A stretch of 61,220 nt of DNA from Clostridia bacterium. GTDB taxonomy: Bacteria; Bacillota; Clostridia; UMGS1883. The stretch covers positions 1 through 61,220 of the forward strand of contig JAZNTQ010000074.1 of assembly GCA_045591865.1 (NCBI GenBank), given 5' to 3'. The translations under genes were made by a program, and so were the position numbers. The notes below the pieces were generated by a model. The model was not told where the DNA came from. It did no database searches and saw only the letters and a list, made by a program, of their open reading frames with translations. Shown one piece after another: positions 20,051 to 29,139 of the stretch. The first letter of the stretch is position 1; each line of letters starts with the position of its first letter.

Positions 20051-21493
20051 TTATTTGGAGTATTTTTCAAGAAGAGAATGCTTTACATTCCATAATTCAG
20101 GGGATAAATCAACATAATAGGTGTGCGGATTTTCAAAGCGCTTTACTTCTTCCCAGATTGTTTCAACCTGTTCTTTGCAGTACTGACGGATCTCTGAAAG
20201 TTCGGGGAGCTTTGCAATCTGCTTTCCATTTTCCAAAATTTTCACAAGAAGCTTTTTCGCGGTGAAATTAGCCACCGTCTTTTTCTTCCATGTGTGAATC
20301 GGGTCGAAAATCTCATAGGGTCTGCTATCGTCAATCTCTTCGTCATGAAGAGTCATCACGTCGGCAATAGCTTTACCCGTTTCGTTATCATAAAGTCTGT
20401 AAACCTGCTTAAAATCGGGTGTTGTGATTTTTGCAGTATTTTCACTGATTTTGATTTTGGGAACAACCTTTCCGTCTTCCTCAACGCCGACAAGCTTATA
20501 AACGCCGCCGAAAACAGGCCAGCTTCTTGCGGTGATAAGCCTCTCACCTACGCCGAAGGAATCAATCTGCGCGCCGTGAGAAAGAGTGTCGCGGATAATA
20601 TATTCGTCAAGAGAATTTGATACAACGATTGCACAATCGCTGAAGCCTTCTTTATCAAGTTCCTTGCGGATTTTTTTGGTGAGGTATGTGATATCTCCAC
20701 TGTCTATACGCACGCCCTTGGGTCTGAAGCCCTTTTTAACGACAACCTCCTTGAATACTCGGATTGCATTGGGAAGACCGCTTTTAAGAACGTTGTATGT
20801 ATCTATAAGGAGCGTGCAGCTTGAAGGATATGCTTCGGCATACGCACGGAATGCCTCGTATTCTGTGGGGAACATCTGTACCCAGCTATGAGCCATAGTG
20901 CCGAGTGCAGGGATACCATAAAGCTCGTCACTTAAGGTGTTTGCAGTACCTACGCAGCCTGCGATATATGCCGCTCTTGCACCAAGTATTGCACTGCTTG
21001 CCCCGTGCGCACGGCGTGAACCAAATTCCATTACCGCTCTCCCGTCTGCAGCGCGGACAATTCTATTTGTTTTGGTGGCAATAAGCGTCTGATGATTTAC
21101 AAGGAGAAGAAGCATCGTTTCAACAAGCTGTGCCTGAATAGCAGGACCGCGCACAATTACAAGCGGCTCATTGGGGAACACGGGAGTTCCCTCGGGCATC
21201 GCCCACACGTCGCAGCAGAATTTGAAGTTTTTAAGATAGTCTAAAAACTTCTCGTCGAAAAGCTTTTTACTGCGAAGATACTCTATATCCTCATCATCAA
21301 ATTTAAGGTTGTTCAGATAATCTACAACCTGCTGTGTACCAGCCATAATTGCAAATCCGCCGTCATCGGGGACAGAGCGGAAATAGAGGTCAAAATAACA
21401 AATCTTGTCCCCTGTGTTATTCAAAAAATATCCGTTTGCCATTGTAAACTCGTAAAAGTCTGCAAGCATTGTATAGTTTTGCTCTTTTAACAC
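20051..21493 (-). CDS. pncB: nicotinate phosphoribosyltransferase
   Basis: (V)LKEQNYTMLADFYEFTMANGYF N-terminus. GTG 21493 lies 8 nt after GAAGGAG. The track start 21589 is an unsupported extension into a structured leader. Confidence 0.9.
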   Translation of the reverse strand: MLKEQNYTMLADFYEFTMANGYFLNNTGDKICYFDLYFRSVPDDGGFAIMAGTQQVVDYLNNLKFDDEDIEYLRSKKLFDEKFLDYLKNFKFCCDVWAMPEGTPVFPNEPLVIVRGPAIQAQLVETMLLLLVNHQTLIATKTNRIVRAADGRAVMEFGSRRAHGASSAILGARAAYIAGCVGTANTLSDELYGIPALGTMAHSWVQMFPTEYEAFRAYAEAYPSSCTLLIDTYNVLKSGLPNAIRVFKEVVVKKGFRPKGVRIDSGDITYLTKKIRKELDKEGFSDCAIVVSNSLDEYIIRDTLSHGAQIDSFGVGERLITARSWPVFGGVYKLVGVEEDGKVVPKIKISENTAKITTPDFKQVYRLYDNETGKAIADVMTLHDEEIDDSRPYEIFDPIHTWKKKTVANFTAKKLLVKILENGKQIAKLPELSEIRQYCKEQVETIWEEVKRFENPHTYYVDLSPELWNVKHSLLEKYSK

Positions 21494-21690
21494 CAAAAAC
21501 ACTCCTTCTGCAAAGGGAATTATTAATAAGGGGCATCCCCTTAATGCTAAAATAGCCAAAATCGGGGGCGTGTACCTCGATTTTGGCACCTTGTAAGGGC
21601 TGGCACGGTGAGTGCCGCGCGAGCGAAAGCCCTTTACTCGCGGCGAATGCTTTTATGAAATAAAACTTTCGGCGCGAAAGATTGTCTCGG
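21494..21690 (-). promoter_or_regulatory. structured leader with alternative helices and a terminator-like hairpin upstream of pncB
   Basis: Read on the minus strand. CTTTCG-CGC-CGAAAG plus U-run is the terminator of the upstream gene. Competing helices follow: GCCGCGAG/CTCGCGCGGC, GGGCT/AGCCC, GGCAC/GTGCC. Then a 10-bp stem GCCAAAATCG/CGATTTTGGC followed by TATTTT. Confidence 0.35.
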
Positions 21691-21698
21691 GCAGCCGC

Positions 21699-21983
21699 TT
21701 AACCATTCTCTATAGCGTCCTGAAGCCAGAATTCTGCTATGTCGATTGCTTCAAAAAGGCTCTCTCTTGTTGCTTTCTTTATAACCTTTTCCTTGCCTAC
21801 GCCACGGTTTGTGCACAAATCAATTGTTACACTGTCGGCAACCTCAAGGTCTCCCACCTTTTTCTTTGACTTGATTGTGAAAATGATGATATATTTCTCC
21901 TTCATATCGCCATAGTAGATAGTATCTCCGCGGCGAACCATGGGTTTTCCCTTGTAGGTAAAAATCTTCTGCTCTGTGCTCAT
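21699..21983 (-). CDS. hypothetical protein (94 aa)
   Basis: MSTEQKIFTYKGKPMVRRGDTIYYGD...; ATG 21983 with AAGGAG RBS. No family recognised. Confidence 0.55.
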   Translation of the reverse strand: MSTEQKIFTYKGKPMVRRGDTIYYGDMKEKYIIIFTIKSKKKVGDLEVADSVTIDLCTNRGVGKEKVIKKATRESLFEAIDIAEFWLQDAIENG

Positions 21984-22085
21984 GGTAACACTCCTTAATA
22001 TATTAATTAGCAGCAATTTACACTTTTGTTTATGCTATTGTACCACAAAAAACTCCGTTAGTAAAGTTTTTTTATTTAAAAACTA

Positions 22086-22114
22086 TTGATAAATTTCGCT
22101 CTTTATGTTATACT
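22086..22114 (+). promoter_or_regulatory. sigma-A promoter of the SRP RNA
   Basis: TTGATA (22086-22091), 17-nt spacer, TATACT (22109-22114). Confidence 0.6.
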
Positions 22115-22118
22115 AATG

Positions 22119-22390
22119 GGGCTGTACCGGCCGGGGAGGTAGCGGTGCCCTGTATCCGCAATCCGCTATAGCGGAGGTTATGTCCCCGATTGAGGCATTT
22201 TTTTGTATGGCTGGAGCATTTAAGTGGTGTTGACGATCGGGTCTCGCGCAATGGCGGCCCGTGAACCTTGTCAGGCGGGGAACCGAGCAGCAATAAGCGG
22301 TTTCCGTCATGTGCCGCGAGGGTGCCTGGTCCGAGCTAACTGAATGATTTCCGCATATAAGAGGATGTCGATTTCGGGGTGTACGGCAAA
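22119..22390 (+). ncRNA. ffs: signal recognition particle RNA, long (Bacillus/Clostridium) form with Alu domain
   Basis: Domain IV motif GTCAGGCGGGGAACCGAGCAGC (GGAA tetraloop). 5' GCTGTAC (22121-27) pairs with 3' GTACGGC (22381-87). Conserved position upstream of dnaX-ybaB-recR. End coordinates are good to about +/-5 nt. Confidence 0.85.
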
Positions 22391-22441
22391 AATAAGGCTG
22401 TCTTTATTAAGACAGCTATTCTTACATAAGGAGGAATTTGC

Positions 22442-24019
22442 ATGGAGCATCAGACTCTTTACAGAAAGTGGAGACCTAAAACTTTTGATGATGTTGTCGG
22501 TCAGGAGCACGTTACCCAGACTATTAAAAACGAAATAAAGAACAACGTATGCGGCCATGCTTTCTTATTCTGCGGAACGCGCGGAACTGGAAAAACCTCC
22601 ACCGCAAGAATACTCAGCAAAGCCATAAACTGCGAGAGTCCTATAGATGGCAACCCCTGTAATAAGTGTGCCACCTGTCAGGGAATTGAAAACGGCAGTA
22701 TTATGGATATTATAGAAATTGACGCGGCAAGCAACAGCGGTGTTGACAACATCCGTTCCCTTCGCGAAGAAGCAAGCTATACTGCCGCAGTTACAAAATA
22801 TAAGGTTTACATTATTGACGAAGTGCACGCTCTCAGCCGAGATGCTTTTAACGCTCTTCTGAAGCTTCTGGAGGAGCCTCCGTCACACGTCAAATTCGTT
22901 CTCGCCACAACAGAGGCAAACAAGGTTTTAGGCACGATTTCTTCCCGTTGTCAATGCTTTGATTTCAAAAGAATTACCCCCGACGATATTTATGGCAGAC
23001 TCGAATATATCTGTAATGCCGAGGGCATTATGGCGGAGGAAAAAGCTCTTCGTATGATTGCTTCCCACGCTGACGGGTCGCTCCGTGATGCACTTTCTGC
23101 GCTTGAGCCTTGTATCGCATCGGGCAGAGAGATTGATACCCAGTTTGTTTCCGATTTCCTCGGCAGAGCTGAAAATGATACTGTGATTGAGCTGTGCGCT
23201 CATATTGCCGATTATAACGTTACAGGAGTTATCGGCTCAATTGACGATGTGTGTTCAAGGGGCAAAAATCTCTCTCCCTTTATAGAAACTCTTATCCGCG
23301 CATTGCGTGATATGCTTATCGTATCCGTTTCAGGAAAATCCAAGAGCGATTTTGATGAGGACGAATATGAAAAGCTTGAGGATATTTCAAAGGGATTTTC
23401 AACAGAAAGACTTCTTTATGCGATAAAGACTCTTTCCGAAGCAATTTCCGTTGCGAGATTTATGACAAGTCCCAGAACTGTTTTTGAAAGTGCGCTTATA
23501 AAGCTTTGCACCAAGAATAATGACATAAGCGTTGAGGCTCTTTTATCAAGAATTGCAGAGCTTGAAAGAAAGATGGAAAGCGGTGCTGTTGCGGCAGCTT
23601 CGCCTGCAAGCGCTGCACCCAAAAAAAAGACGGAGGAAAAGAAAAAAGAAGAAGCTCCAAAGCCTCTTCCTAAAAAGGAGATTCCCCCAAGCGAATTTTT
23701 AAGTAAAATCAAAGGCGCGTGGCCTGAAATCTTAAATGACCTCGCAGGAAGCATATTGCTCTTTACTGCGCTTGGCAACGTAGAGCTTCGGGAAGAAAAA
23801 GGCAGACTCGCTCTCACCTTCCCCGATGAAAGCGGCAGAGCCCTCGGCGACATGGTGCAGGATGGCATACCGCAGATAAATGAGGCGGTAAAGGCTCATA
23901 CGGGACTTGATGCAAATGCTCTTGTCCGTCTTGACAGCGATTTTGGTTTTGGTGGTCAGGAAAAAGAGCATGACCCACTTGATGATATAATGAATCTTCC
24001 AATCACTAATATGGAATAA
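22442..24019 (+). CDS. dnaX: DNA polymerase III subunit gamma/tau
   Basis: YRKWRPKTFDDVVGQEHV...FCGTRGTGKTS...IIDEVHALS. Confidence 0.95.
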   Translation: MEHQTLYRKWRPKTFDDVVGQEHVTQTIKNEIKNNVCGHAFLFCGTRGTGKTSTARILSKAINCESPIDGNPCNKCATCQGIENGSIMDIIEIDAASNSGVDNIRSLREEASYTAAVTKYKVYIIDEVHALSRDAFNALLKLLEEPPSHVKFVLATTEANKVLGTISSRCQCFDFKRITPDDIYGRLEYICNAEGIMAEEKALRMIASHADGSLRDALSALEPCIASGREIDTQFVSDFLGRAENDTVIELCAHIADYNVTGVIGSIDDVCSRGKNLSPFIETLIRALRDMLIVSVSGKSKSDFDEDEYEKLEDISKGFSTERLLYAIKTLSEAISVARFMTSPRTVFESALIKLCTKNNDISVEALLSRIAELERKMESGAVAAASPASAAPKKKTEEKKKEEAPKPLPKKEIPPSEFLSKIKGAWPEILNDLAGSILLFTALGNVELREEKGRLALTFPDESGRALGDMVQDGIPQINEAVKAHTGLDANALVRLDSDFGFGGQEKEHDPLDDIMNLPITNME

Positions 24020-24046
24020 ATAAATTTTCAGAGAGGATGTTTTAAT

Positions 24047-24400
24047 ATGGCAAAGGGCGGTTTTCCCCGTAATATGGGAATGGGCGGCATGGGAAATATG
24101 AACAATATGATTAAGCAGGCCCAGAAAATGCAGGAGGAAATGATGAAGGCACAGGAGGCACTTCAGGCACAGGAATTTGAAGCAAGTGTCGGCGGTGGTG
24201 CAGTAAGTGTAAAGGCAAGCGGCAGTAAGGAAATTCTTGAAATCAAGATTTCTCCCGAAACTCTCGACCCCGATGATGTGGAAATGCTTGAAGATATGAT
24301 TGTTTCTGCAGTTAACGAAGTTTTAAGAAAGACAGACGAAGCGCAGGCAAACAACCTTAAAGGGCTCACAGGCGGTCTCAACATCCCCGGATTATTCTAA
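24047..24400 (+). CDS. ybaB: YbaB/EbfC family nucleoid-associated protein
   Basis: [23 protein letters not shown]...; synteny between dnaX and recR. Confidence 0.9.
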   Translation: MAKGGFPRNMGMGGMGNMNNMIKQAQKMQEEMMKAQEALQAQEFEASVGGGAVSVKASGSKEILEIKISPETLDPDDVEMLEDMIVSAVNEVLRKTDEAQANNLKGLTGGLNIPGLF

Positions 24401-24416
24401 AAAGCTGGTGAATTAA

Positions 24417-25010
24417 ATGTATCCCGTTTCATTACAGGAACTTATAGACGAATTTAATAAGCTCCCGGGCATCGGTCACAAAAGTGCGGTGAGACTTGCT
24501 TTTCATATGATGAATATGCCCTCCGAAAAGGCAGAAAAATTTATCAGCGCGATAAACAAGGCTAAAAGCAGTGTTCATCTGTGCCGCGAGTGTCAGAATC
24601 TTACCGACAAGGATTTGTGCGATATATGTTCTTCGCCAAGACGCGAGAGAAATGTTATCTGCGTGATGGAAAGCCCCAAGGATGTAACTGCTCTTGAGAA
24701 AACTAGAGAGTATAACGGGCTTTACCACGTTTTGCATGGTGCTATTTCCCCAATGGATAATATCGGTCCTGATGATATTAAGATAAAGGAGCTTCTTCCA
24801 AGACTCACAAGTGAGGTTACGGAGGTTATTATGGCGACCAACCCCACTATTGAGGGTGAGGCTACTGCAACATACATAGCAAGGCTTCTCAAACCGATGG
24901 GAATAACAGTTACAAGAATCGCGCATGGTATCCCCGTGGACGGAAATATTGAATATGCCGACGAGGTAACGCTTTCACGAGCTATCGAGGGCAGACGCGA
25001 AATGAAATAA
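24417..25010 (+). CDS. recR: recombination protein RecR
   Basis: [22 protein letters not shown], a C4 zinc finger [16 protein letters not shown], and a Toprim domain. Confidence 0.95.
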   Translation: MYPVSLQELIDEFNKLPGIGHKSAVRLAFHMMNMPSEKAEKFISAINKAKSSVHLCRECQNLTDKDLCDICSSPRRERNVICVMESPKDVTALEKTREYNGLYHVLHGAISPMDNIGPDDIKIKELLPRLTSEVTEVIMATNPTIEGEATATYIARLLKPMGITVTRIAHGIPVDGNIEYADEVTLSRAIEGRREMK

Positions 25011-25014
25011 ATTT

Positions 25015-25043
25015 CAGGGTGGCAGAAGCTACCCTGTTTTTTT
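25015..25043 (+). terminator. intrinsic terminator of dnaX-ybaB-recR
   Basis: CAGGGTGGC-AGAA-GCTACCCTG followed by T7. Overlaps the 3' end of the convergent permease gene. Confidence 0.7.
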
Positions 25044-26294
25044 ATAGAAAAGTGTGCCGAAAAGCATTATTCCTAAAAGAACCATAGCGTAGCTTATTAT
25101 CTCCTCCGCGTGTGCGAAAATGCCGCATAAAAGAGCAAAGGCAGATGCGCATATTCCTCCCGTGTACAGAATTACGGACTTTATATTCTTCTCTCTTTTT
25201 GCAAAATTAAAAAAAATCGGAATATAGAGCGCGTATATTGTCACGACGGGAAGCTCGGTACTGTCAAATCTAAATCTTCCTAAAACTTCCCCTTGCTCCC
25301 CAAAAAGATAAAAAAGCCACAGAAGACTTGTTATTAAACCGACCCAAAAGGAGTAGCGAGGTGTTTTTGAAAAAAATTCATCTGATAGTCTCTCGCATCC
25401 CATCACAAGTGCGTTTAATGCACCCAGACAGGAGATAGCAACAAAGGCGGTGAGAAGTCTTCCCCATTTCCCTAAAATGTTTGAAAAAGCTATCTTTATT
25501 CCGTCTGTACCATAGTTAGCGAGGGTAGCACTGCTTACTGCTCCCATAATCCCCAGGTAATATAAAATATAAACTGCGGAGATGATAAGCCCTCCTATAA
25601 TAAGAGCGAGCGGAAGATTTCTTCGGCTGTTTTTAAGCTCCTTTCCCACACTTATTGCACTTATCCACCCCTCGTATGCAAAAAGAGTTGCCGTTGTGGC
25701 AGAAAAAAGTGATTTAAGGGGAGAAGCACTGCTCTTATAAGCAATATTTTCAAAAAGAAGCTCTGTCTGTATTCCTTTTGATATACCAAGCACTATCATA
25801 AGAACAAGAGGTATAAGCTTAAGCACTGTTGAAACTATCTGTACTCTTCCCGAAAATCTGGGGTAAAGTGAATTCTGCAAAAAGGTGACTGTAAGATAAA
25901 TGAGTGAAAGAAGCAGACAGAAAAAAGCTTTATTCTCTGCTCCTATAGTTATCAGCGTATATCTTGCAGAAAGATACGAAAGCACACTTACAATCGAGGG
26001 ATAATACGCCGCTGCCATAAACCACCCGACGTAGTAGGCGCATCTTTCTCCAAGCGCTGCTTTTGTTATGGCAAATATCCCTTCTGCACTCTCTTTTCTT
26101 GTAATTAAAACAAAGGACAAAAGGCACAAAATCATAACTATTGCACCTATACTCCACGCACCTACGGCGGTAAAAACGCTTCCTCCCGTGATAATATTTA
26201 TGTCCTCCGCTTTAAAAAACACACCGCTTCCTATGACAGAGCCTACAACTATTGACACCGCGGTTAAAAGACCGTATTTACATCTGGAATTCAT
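25029..26294 (-). CDS. APC-family amino acid permease
   Basis: 421 aa, about 12 TMs, N-terminal GLLTAVSIVVGSVIGSGVFFK signature. Confidence 0.8.
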   Translation of the reverse strand: MNSRCKYGLLTAVSIVVGSVIGSGVFFKAEDINIITGGSVFTAVGAWSIGAIVMILCLLSFVLITRKESAEGIFAITKAALGERCAYYVGWFMAAAYYPSIVSVLSYLSARYTLITIGAENKAFFCLLLSLIYLTVTFLQNSLYPRFSGRVQIVSTVLKLIPLVLMIVLGISKGIQTELLFENIAYKSSASPLKSLFSATTATLFAYEGWISAISVGKELKNSRRNLPLALIIGGLIISAVYILYYLGIMGAVSSATLANYGTDGIKIAFSNILGKWGRLLTAFVAISCLGALNALVMGCERLSDEFFSKTPRYSFWVGLITSLLWLFYLFGEQGEVLGRFRFDSTELPVVTIYALYIPIFFNFAKREKNIKSVILYTGGICASAFALLCGIFAHAEEIISYAMVLLGIMLFGTLFYKKTG

Positions 26295-26433
26295 AATTTT
26301 TTCTCCCCTTTTTTTCTAAATATGAACAGATTTGAAATTTTACATTTGCCTCTTGTAAAAAAGAAAAATATGGTATATAATAACAATATTAGTGCATTTG
26401 CATGTATTATTTGATATATACGGAGAGTATGAA

Positions 26434-27024
26434 ATGAGAAGATTTTTTGGTTTTTACAAATGGCATCTTTTCTTTCTGGTGCTTATAATAATCTGCGTAG
26501 GATTTGTTCTTTCAAATGTTACTCACAAAAAAGAGCCTGACCTTACAATAGGCTACGTAGGGAAAAATTATATCAATGTACAGACCTTCAATGATAATAA
26601 AAAAACAATTGAGCTTCTTTTGCATGATGCAAATGGCGACTCCGAAAAAAGTTCGTCCATCGGTGCATACGCAGTAGACCTTGAGAGTGACCTTCACGAA
26701 GTTTTTGAAAAGCTTATAGACAAAGACATTTTTGACATCTTTATTGCAGAGAAGACTGCTTTCACCAAATACGCAGACAAGTCTGTTTTTGCTACAGCAA
26801 CAGAGTACGTAAATCTTGTCGAAAAGCCCGCTGATACATTAAAGGATGATAAAGGCAGAGTTTATGCGGTATCTCTCGAAGGCATTGACTTCTTAAAAAG
26901 AATGGGTATTGTTGATTCAACAGACCTTTACATCGCTGCGACGAATCCTAAAGACGGCGGGGAGCTTACCACAAGCCGTAAAAACGGAAGAAATATTGCA
27001 GGCTACATTTTAACTCAAGAATAA
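26434..27024 (+). CDS. hypothetical membrane-anchored protein
   Basis: MRRFFGFYKWHLFFLVLIIICVGFVL anchor. ATG 26434 with GGAGAG RBS. No family recognised. Confidence 0.5.
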   Translation: MRRFFGFYKWHLFFLVLIIICVGFVLSNVTHKKEPDLTIGYVGKNYINVQTFNDNKKTIELLLHDANGDSEKSSSIGAYAVDLESDLHEVFEKLIDKDIFDIFIAEKTAFTKYADKSVFATATEYVNLVEKPADTLKDDKGRVYAVSLEGIDFLKRMGIVDSTDLYIAATNPKDGGELTTSRKNGRNIAGYILTQE

Positions 27025-27060
27025 TTTTATTAAATTTATATAAGAAAGGATGACCTAAAA

Positions 27061-27330
27061 ATGGCAGTATTGGTATTTGAACTCGTTTTCATCTTCGCTA
27101 TTTTCTACTTTATGATTATCCGTCCCCAGAAAAATCAGAGACAGGCTATGCAGAATATGCTTGCCGGATTGCAGATGAACGACAAAGTCGTTACAATTGG
27201 CGGAATCATTGGAAAAATCGTTAAGATTAAAGAAGATGAGGTTGTTATCGAAACAGGCTCCGGCGCTGAAAAATCACAGATTAAGTTCCAGAAGAGCGCT
27301 ATAAGCCGCGTTCTTACAATCCACGAATAA
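27061..27330 (+). CDS. yajC: preprotein translocase subunit YajC
   Basis: Single TM, then IIRPQKNQRQ...GLQMNDKVVTIGGIIGKIVKIKEDEVVIE. Confidence 0.85.
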   Translation: MAVLVFELVFIFAIFYFMIIRPQKNQRQAMQNMLAGLQMNDKVVTIGGIIGKIVKIKEDEVVIETGSGAEKSQIKFQKSAISRVLTIHE

Positions 27331-27372
27331 TTAAAAACACCTTCGAATATTATATTTCGGAGGTGTTTTTTT

Positions 27373-27747
27373 ATGAATTTTATTTCAAATCTGCCGATAA
27401 AAAAGTATATTGTATCCTTTGCGTTAGCCTTTCTTATTACGCTTTTAATTTTATCTGTTGCAAGCATTGTTTTCTCATTCCTTCCGCCGCCCGACTGGGT
27501 TTTTGCTATTTTCGACCACTGCTATCTCCTTTCGGGCTTTATGGCAGCATTTTTCTGTGCGAAATACTCTGCAAAAAGAGGGTTCGTAACGGGGCTTTTT
27601 TCCTCCCTTTTATACATAGCTGTTCTTATTATGCTTGGGGGAATAATATTCAAAAGCGATATTTCTGCTATTCCTCTGGCAAGAGTTTTCGGTCTGTCAG
27701 CTTTGTGCGGCGGCGTGGGCGGAATATTGGGAATAAACTGCAGATAA
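27373..27747 (+). CDS. TIGR04086-type small membrane protein (YrzE-like)
   Basis: 4-TM protein ending GGVGGILG, between yajC and secD. Chosen over the overlapping frame 27363..27764. Confidence 0.6.
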   Translation: MNFISNLPIKKYIVSFALAFLITLLILSVASIVFSFLPPPDWVFAIFDHCYLLSGFMAAFFCAKYSAKRGFVTGLFSSLLYIAVLIMLGGIIFKSDISAIPLARVFGLSALCGGVGGILGINCR

Positions 27748-27825
27748 TTATGAAATTCTATTGACTAATTGACCTTTTTTTACTATAATAGTAATGTTAT
27801 TTACAATAACAAAGGAGGAACAATA

Positions 27826-29139
27826 ATGAAAGCAAAAAATGTTATTGCATTCTTGCTGGTTGTAGCAATCATTGTTGCATGTGCTTACGTTGCGGCATTT
27901 GACGTTAAAATCGGCAACTTCCGAGTTCCCAGTACCTTTGATAAAGACTTGGGTATCAGACAGGGACTTGATCTTGTAGGCGGTTCAATTATCGTTTTTG
28001 AGCCTGATGTAGAAGACCTTTCAAAAGTGACTGCAGAGGATATGGATTCAGCCGAAGCTATTATCCGCGCACGTCTTGACGCAAAGAACTACGCAGAAGC
28101 TACTATCTCCCGTCAGGGTAAGACAGGCATCCGCGTTGAAATTCCTGAAATCGACGATCCTCAGGAAGCTGTTGAGATGATTGGCGCTACTGCAAAGCTT
28201 GAATTCCTTGATGCTGAAGGCAAGGCTATTATGGACGGTTCAAAGGAAAATATAAAGGGTGCAAGTGCACTTTACGGACCTATCAGCGAAACAAGCGGCA
28301 ATGTACACTACGTTCAGCTTTCTTTCACAAAGAAGGGTCAGAAGAAGTTTGCAGAAGCAACACAGGTTGCAGTAAATGCAGGCGAGGGTAAAAACATCAT
28401 CGCTATCGCTCTTGACGGTGCAGTTCAGATGGCTCCTTCAGTAAGCGAAGTTATTAACTCTGACAGCTGTGTTATCACAGGCGGTTACGACAGTGAAAGC
28501 GCAGAGGCGGTTGCAACTCTTATCAACTCCGGTCAGCTTCCCTTTGCACTTAAGGATGCAGAGCTTCGCAGCGTTGGACCTACACTTGGTTCAACAGCCC
28601 TTGAAACATCTCTCAAGGCAGCTCTTATCGGTATTCTTCTCGTAATGCTCTTTATGATTATCGTTTACAGACTTCCCGGTATTGTTGCAAGCGTATCTCT
28701 TGTGGCTTACGTTTCACTTGTAACTCTCATTATGGCAGGCTTCTTTATCCCCTCATGGAGAGTTGTTACACTTACACTTCCCGGTATTGCCGGCGTTATC
28801 CTTTCCATCGGTATGGCAGTTGACGCAAACGTTGTTATTTTCGAAAGAATCAAGGATGAGTTTCGTGCAGGTAAGAGTGTAGGCGCTGCAGTAAACGGCG
28901 GTTTCAAGCGTGCACTTGTTGCAATCATCGACTCTAACGTTACTACCATTATCGCATCCGTTGTACTTTACCTCTTCGGTACAGGTACAGTTAAGGGCTT
29001 TGCAATCACACTGTTTATCGGTATCGTTGTAAGTATGCTTACAGCAGTTACCCTTACAAAGTTCTTGCTTAAGCAAATCGTAGGGTTTGGTATTAAAAAC
29101 CCCGCTCTCTACGGTTTATCTAAAAGGAGGGATGCATAA
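27826..29139 (+). CDS. secD: protein translocase subunit SecD
   Basis: MKAKNVIAFLLVV... start (ATG 27826, AAAGGAGGA RBS); GLDLVGGS motif; C-terminal 6 TMs. Confidence 0.9.
   Translation: MKAKNVIAFLLVVAIIVACAYVAAFDVKIGNFRVPSTFDKDLGIRQGLDLVGGSIIVFEPDVEDLSKVTAEDMDSAEAIIRARLDAKNYAEATISRQGKTGIRVEIPEIDDPQEAVEMIGATAKLEFLDAEGKAIMDGSKENIKGASALYGPISETSGNVHYVQLSFTKKGQKKFAEATQVAVNAGEGKNIIAIALDGAVQMAPSVSEVINSDSCVITGGYDSESAEAVATLINSGQLPFALKDAELRSVGPTLGSTALETSLKAALIGILLVMLFMIIVYRLPGIVASVSLVAYVSLVTLIMAGFFIPSWRVVTLTLPGIAGVILSIGMAVDANVVIFERIKDEFRAGKSVGAAVNGGFKRALVAIIDSNVTTIIASVVLYLFGTGTVKGFAITLFIGIVVSMLTAVTLTKFLLKQIVGFGIKNPALYGLSKRRDA

Noticed and set aside
21560-21580. ACACGCCCCC in the loop of the pncB-leader hairpin resembles the ACANCCCC element I recall from the nadA (NAD+-I) riboswitch
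   Set aside because: The match is inexact (two intervening bases). It lies in a hairpin loop rather than the bulged tandem-domain context. As far as I know that class is restricted to Acidobacteria. I cannot support the assignment without a covariance-model search.
21494-21589. N-terminal extensions in the ORF track. This one is on pncB. Others are on tpiA (44435-44554), the 353-aa phage gene (57102-57218), ackA, secD, serC, murA and the amidase.
   Set aside because: In each case an internal ATG/GTG with a good Shine-Dalgarno gives the canonical family N-terminus. The extension overlaps a neighbouring gene, terminator or structured leader.
22108-22558. Three minus-strand ORFs (61, 65 and 83 aa) between the 94-aa gene and dnaX
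   Set aside because: They overlap a clear plus-strand long-form SRP RNA with its own promoter, and the start of dnaX. The region is non-coding RNA, not protein.
27363-27764. 133-aa ORF overlapping the TIGR04086-like gene in another frame
   Set aside because: The 124-aa frame (27373-27747) gives a coherent 4-TM protein with the GGVGGILG ending. The alternative frame is Phe/Cys/Arg-rich with no membrane or globular logic.
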